NCBI GenBank assembly: GCA_000442015.1
Contig: KE561045.1
Coordinates: 56,453-76,452 of the forward strand
Origin: Rozella allomycis CSF55
Lineage: Eukaryota
Length of the DNA: 20,000 nt
Direction of reading: 5' to 3'
In this document: positions 18,355-20,000 of the stretch, one piece after another
Numbering within the stretch: position 1 is the first letter of the stretch
Layout of the letters: every line of letters begins with the position of its first letter
Notes under the pieces: generated by a model
What the model was told of the DNA's origin: nothing
The model's database searches: none
Seen by the model: the letters and a program-made list of their open reading frames with translations, nothing else
Translations under genes and position numbers: made by a program

Positions 18355-20000
18355 TTAAACTGTGATAACTTTGTACATTTTGTTGTTTCTCTTTAACAAG
18401 TAGCCCTGATAATTTAGAGTTTCTATAAATGCATTGAAATCATCAATCTTTTGTAGATTCAGTTCCTGTGCGATTTGAAATAATTGTTGGTAGCTGAATT
18501 CAGATCCAGGATTTTGTTGAGCTAAAGTCTGGATTTCCGCTAGAAACAATTTGATTTCTGCAGATTTGCTATTAGGCTTTTTGCCAGATTTTGAATTTGT
18601 ATTTGGTTTTTGATCTAAATTAGCCTTGCAAAAGTTGCTATATGAAGACAAGAATGAATATTACACTATTTCAATGACGTCATTGCAATCTTCTAGACAA
18701 ACAACATCTCTTAGGGCTAATTTTGCTCTTGCTTCAGCCAGTCTAATCAATGATTCTAATTGTCTTGTAGTTACAGGCGTTTCTTCAGACTTTGAATGGC
18801 GCATTTCAAGGTAAAATTCTTTTAGCCTTGATTTAGCTAGAGGACTTAATCTACGCATTCTTTAATACCATCAAAGTTACCTTGGATGAACGTATTTCTT
18901 AGCGTAAGAAATGTATTTTCTTAGCATGCTGGATGATAAAGGTTCAATGTAGGCTTCTGATTTTATTTTAAGACGATCAATTAATGGCACATCATCTGAG
19001 AAATTATCTAAAGATTCTAAAGCTGAATCTTGTCTGTTGAAATTTATTTGATTGTTTTTCCATTTCTGTTGAAAACTGAAATTTCGTTTTCCTGAATTGT
19101 GGAATGAAATGACTTGTTCAGATAAAAATTTGTCCATTTCATGATCTGGTTTATCCAAAAGAACAAAAACAAGATCAAATCTTGATAAAAGTGCGGAATC
19201 CATATTTAAATTTGCTTTCGTTGATTTGGATTTACTTTATCAATCAAGAATTTATTAGAATACTTGTAATGACCACCTTTTGGATTAGCAGCAGCCAATA
19301 TAGTAGATCTAGCAGGCACCGTAGTCACAATTCCAGATTTAGCGATCGAAATAGATTGTTGCTCCATCGCTTCTAATAAAGAAGTATGATATTTCATTTT
19401 ATCAAATTCATCAATGCAACAAACGCCCTGATCACTCAATACCAATGCTCCTGCCTCCAAAGCCCATTCATTCCTATTGCTGTCTTTAGTTAACGTAACA
19501 GTTAATCCAGCCGCTGTAGTTGTGTTGGCTCCAACGTAAATGCCTCTGGGAGAAATATTACTAGCAGAAATTAACATTTGACTCTTGCCAAGACCCGGAT
19601 CTCCTTTAGTTTATTTACAATCATTCATTTACCAACAATTAAGACATGTGAACTATTTCTCATCCCATTCACTCTCTCTGTTCCACCGAAAATCGCCAAC
19701 AATAACCCTGCTTTAATCAACTCGTGACCATAAATTGATGGGCAAAGTGAATGAACAAGCAACTTGAATAAATCACTTCTTTTTGAAATCGATAATATTT
19801 CATTCACGTCATGCTCACTCAAATTTATTTCATCTTTTTAAAAAGACTTGTGTTTAATACTTTTACAGGACTTCTCAAGCACCTTGGATGATACTATACT
19901 TATGCCCTCGACGTACAAAGTAAACATGGTTGAATCATTCTTGTTAAACTTTACTAGATAAAATTATAATGCTCTATAATTACCTTCTTCTGTAGGCGAT
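18355..20000 (-). CDS. MCM8: DNA helicase MCM8, 5'-truncated by the window edge
   Basis: Introns at 19983-19954, 19860(or 19866)-19834, 19632-19604, 19263-19235, 18880-18851 and 18664-18638. Splicing restores [23 protein letters not shown], Walker [17 protein letters not shown] (the MCM8-type GLGKS), [62 protein letters not shown] and the C-terminal [13 protein letters not shown]. Confidence 0.9.

Noticed and set aside
1061..20000. Fragmented ORFs read as pseudogenes, programmed frameshifts or an alternative genetic code
   Set aside because: Every break in the conserved genes is resolved by a 26-30 nt GT-AG intron under the standard code.
1..20000. CRISPR array, rRNA or prokaryotic operon
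   Set aside because: No repeat-spacer array or rRNA-like sequence was seen; the genes are intron-containing eukaryotic genes.

Overview
A gene-dense, AT-rich eukaryotic nuclear window. By inference it comes from an early-diverging fungus-like lineage such as Rozella/Cryptomycota: it has a chitin-synthase activator, a mitochondrial ALAS, MCM8 and uniformly tiny introns. Hand-spliced gene models, left to right: SKT5/CHS4-like Sel1-repeat protein (-, runs off the left edge); secreted, probably GPI-anchored tyrosinase (+); FIP1 (-); PWP2 (+); an orphan ORF between two N gaps with a PD-(D/E)xK nuclease-like C-terminus (+); HEM1/ALAS (+); a MARK/Kin1-type kinase with KA1 domain (+); a small orphan (+); ELP1/IKI3 (+); tRNA-Asp(GTC) (-); a small acidic orphan (-); a ~1.7 kb gene-poor patch with a Helitron-like 3' end, a 145-bp MITE and a decayed KDZ/CxC-like fragment; and MCM8 (-, runs off the right edge). 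About 28 GT-AG introns were inferred, all modelled at 26-30 nt. The strongest unexplained signal is an extreme G-over-C strand skew that reverses inside the ELP1 coding sequence and affects introns, synonymous codons and amino-acid composition. All calls are from manual reading; no database searches were run.
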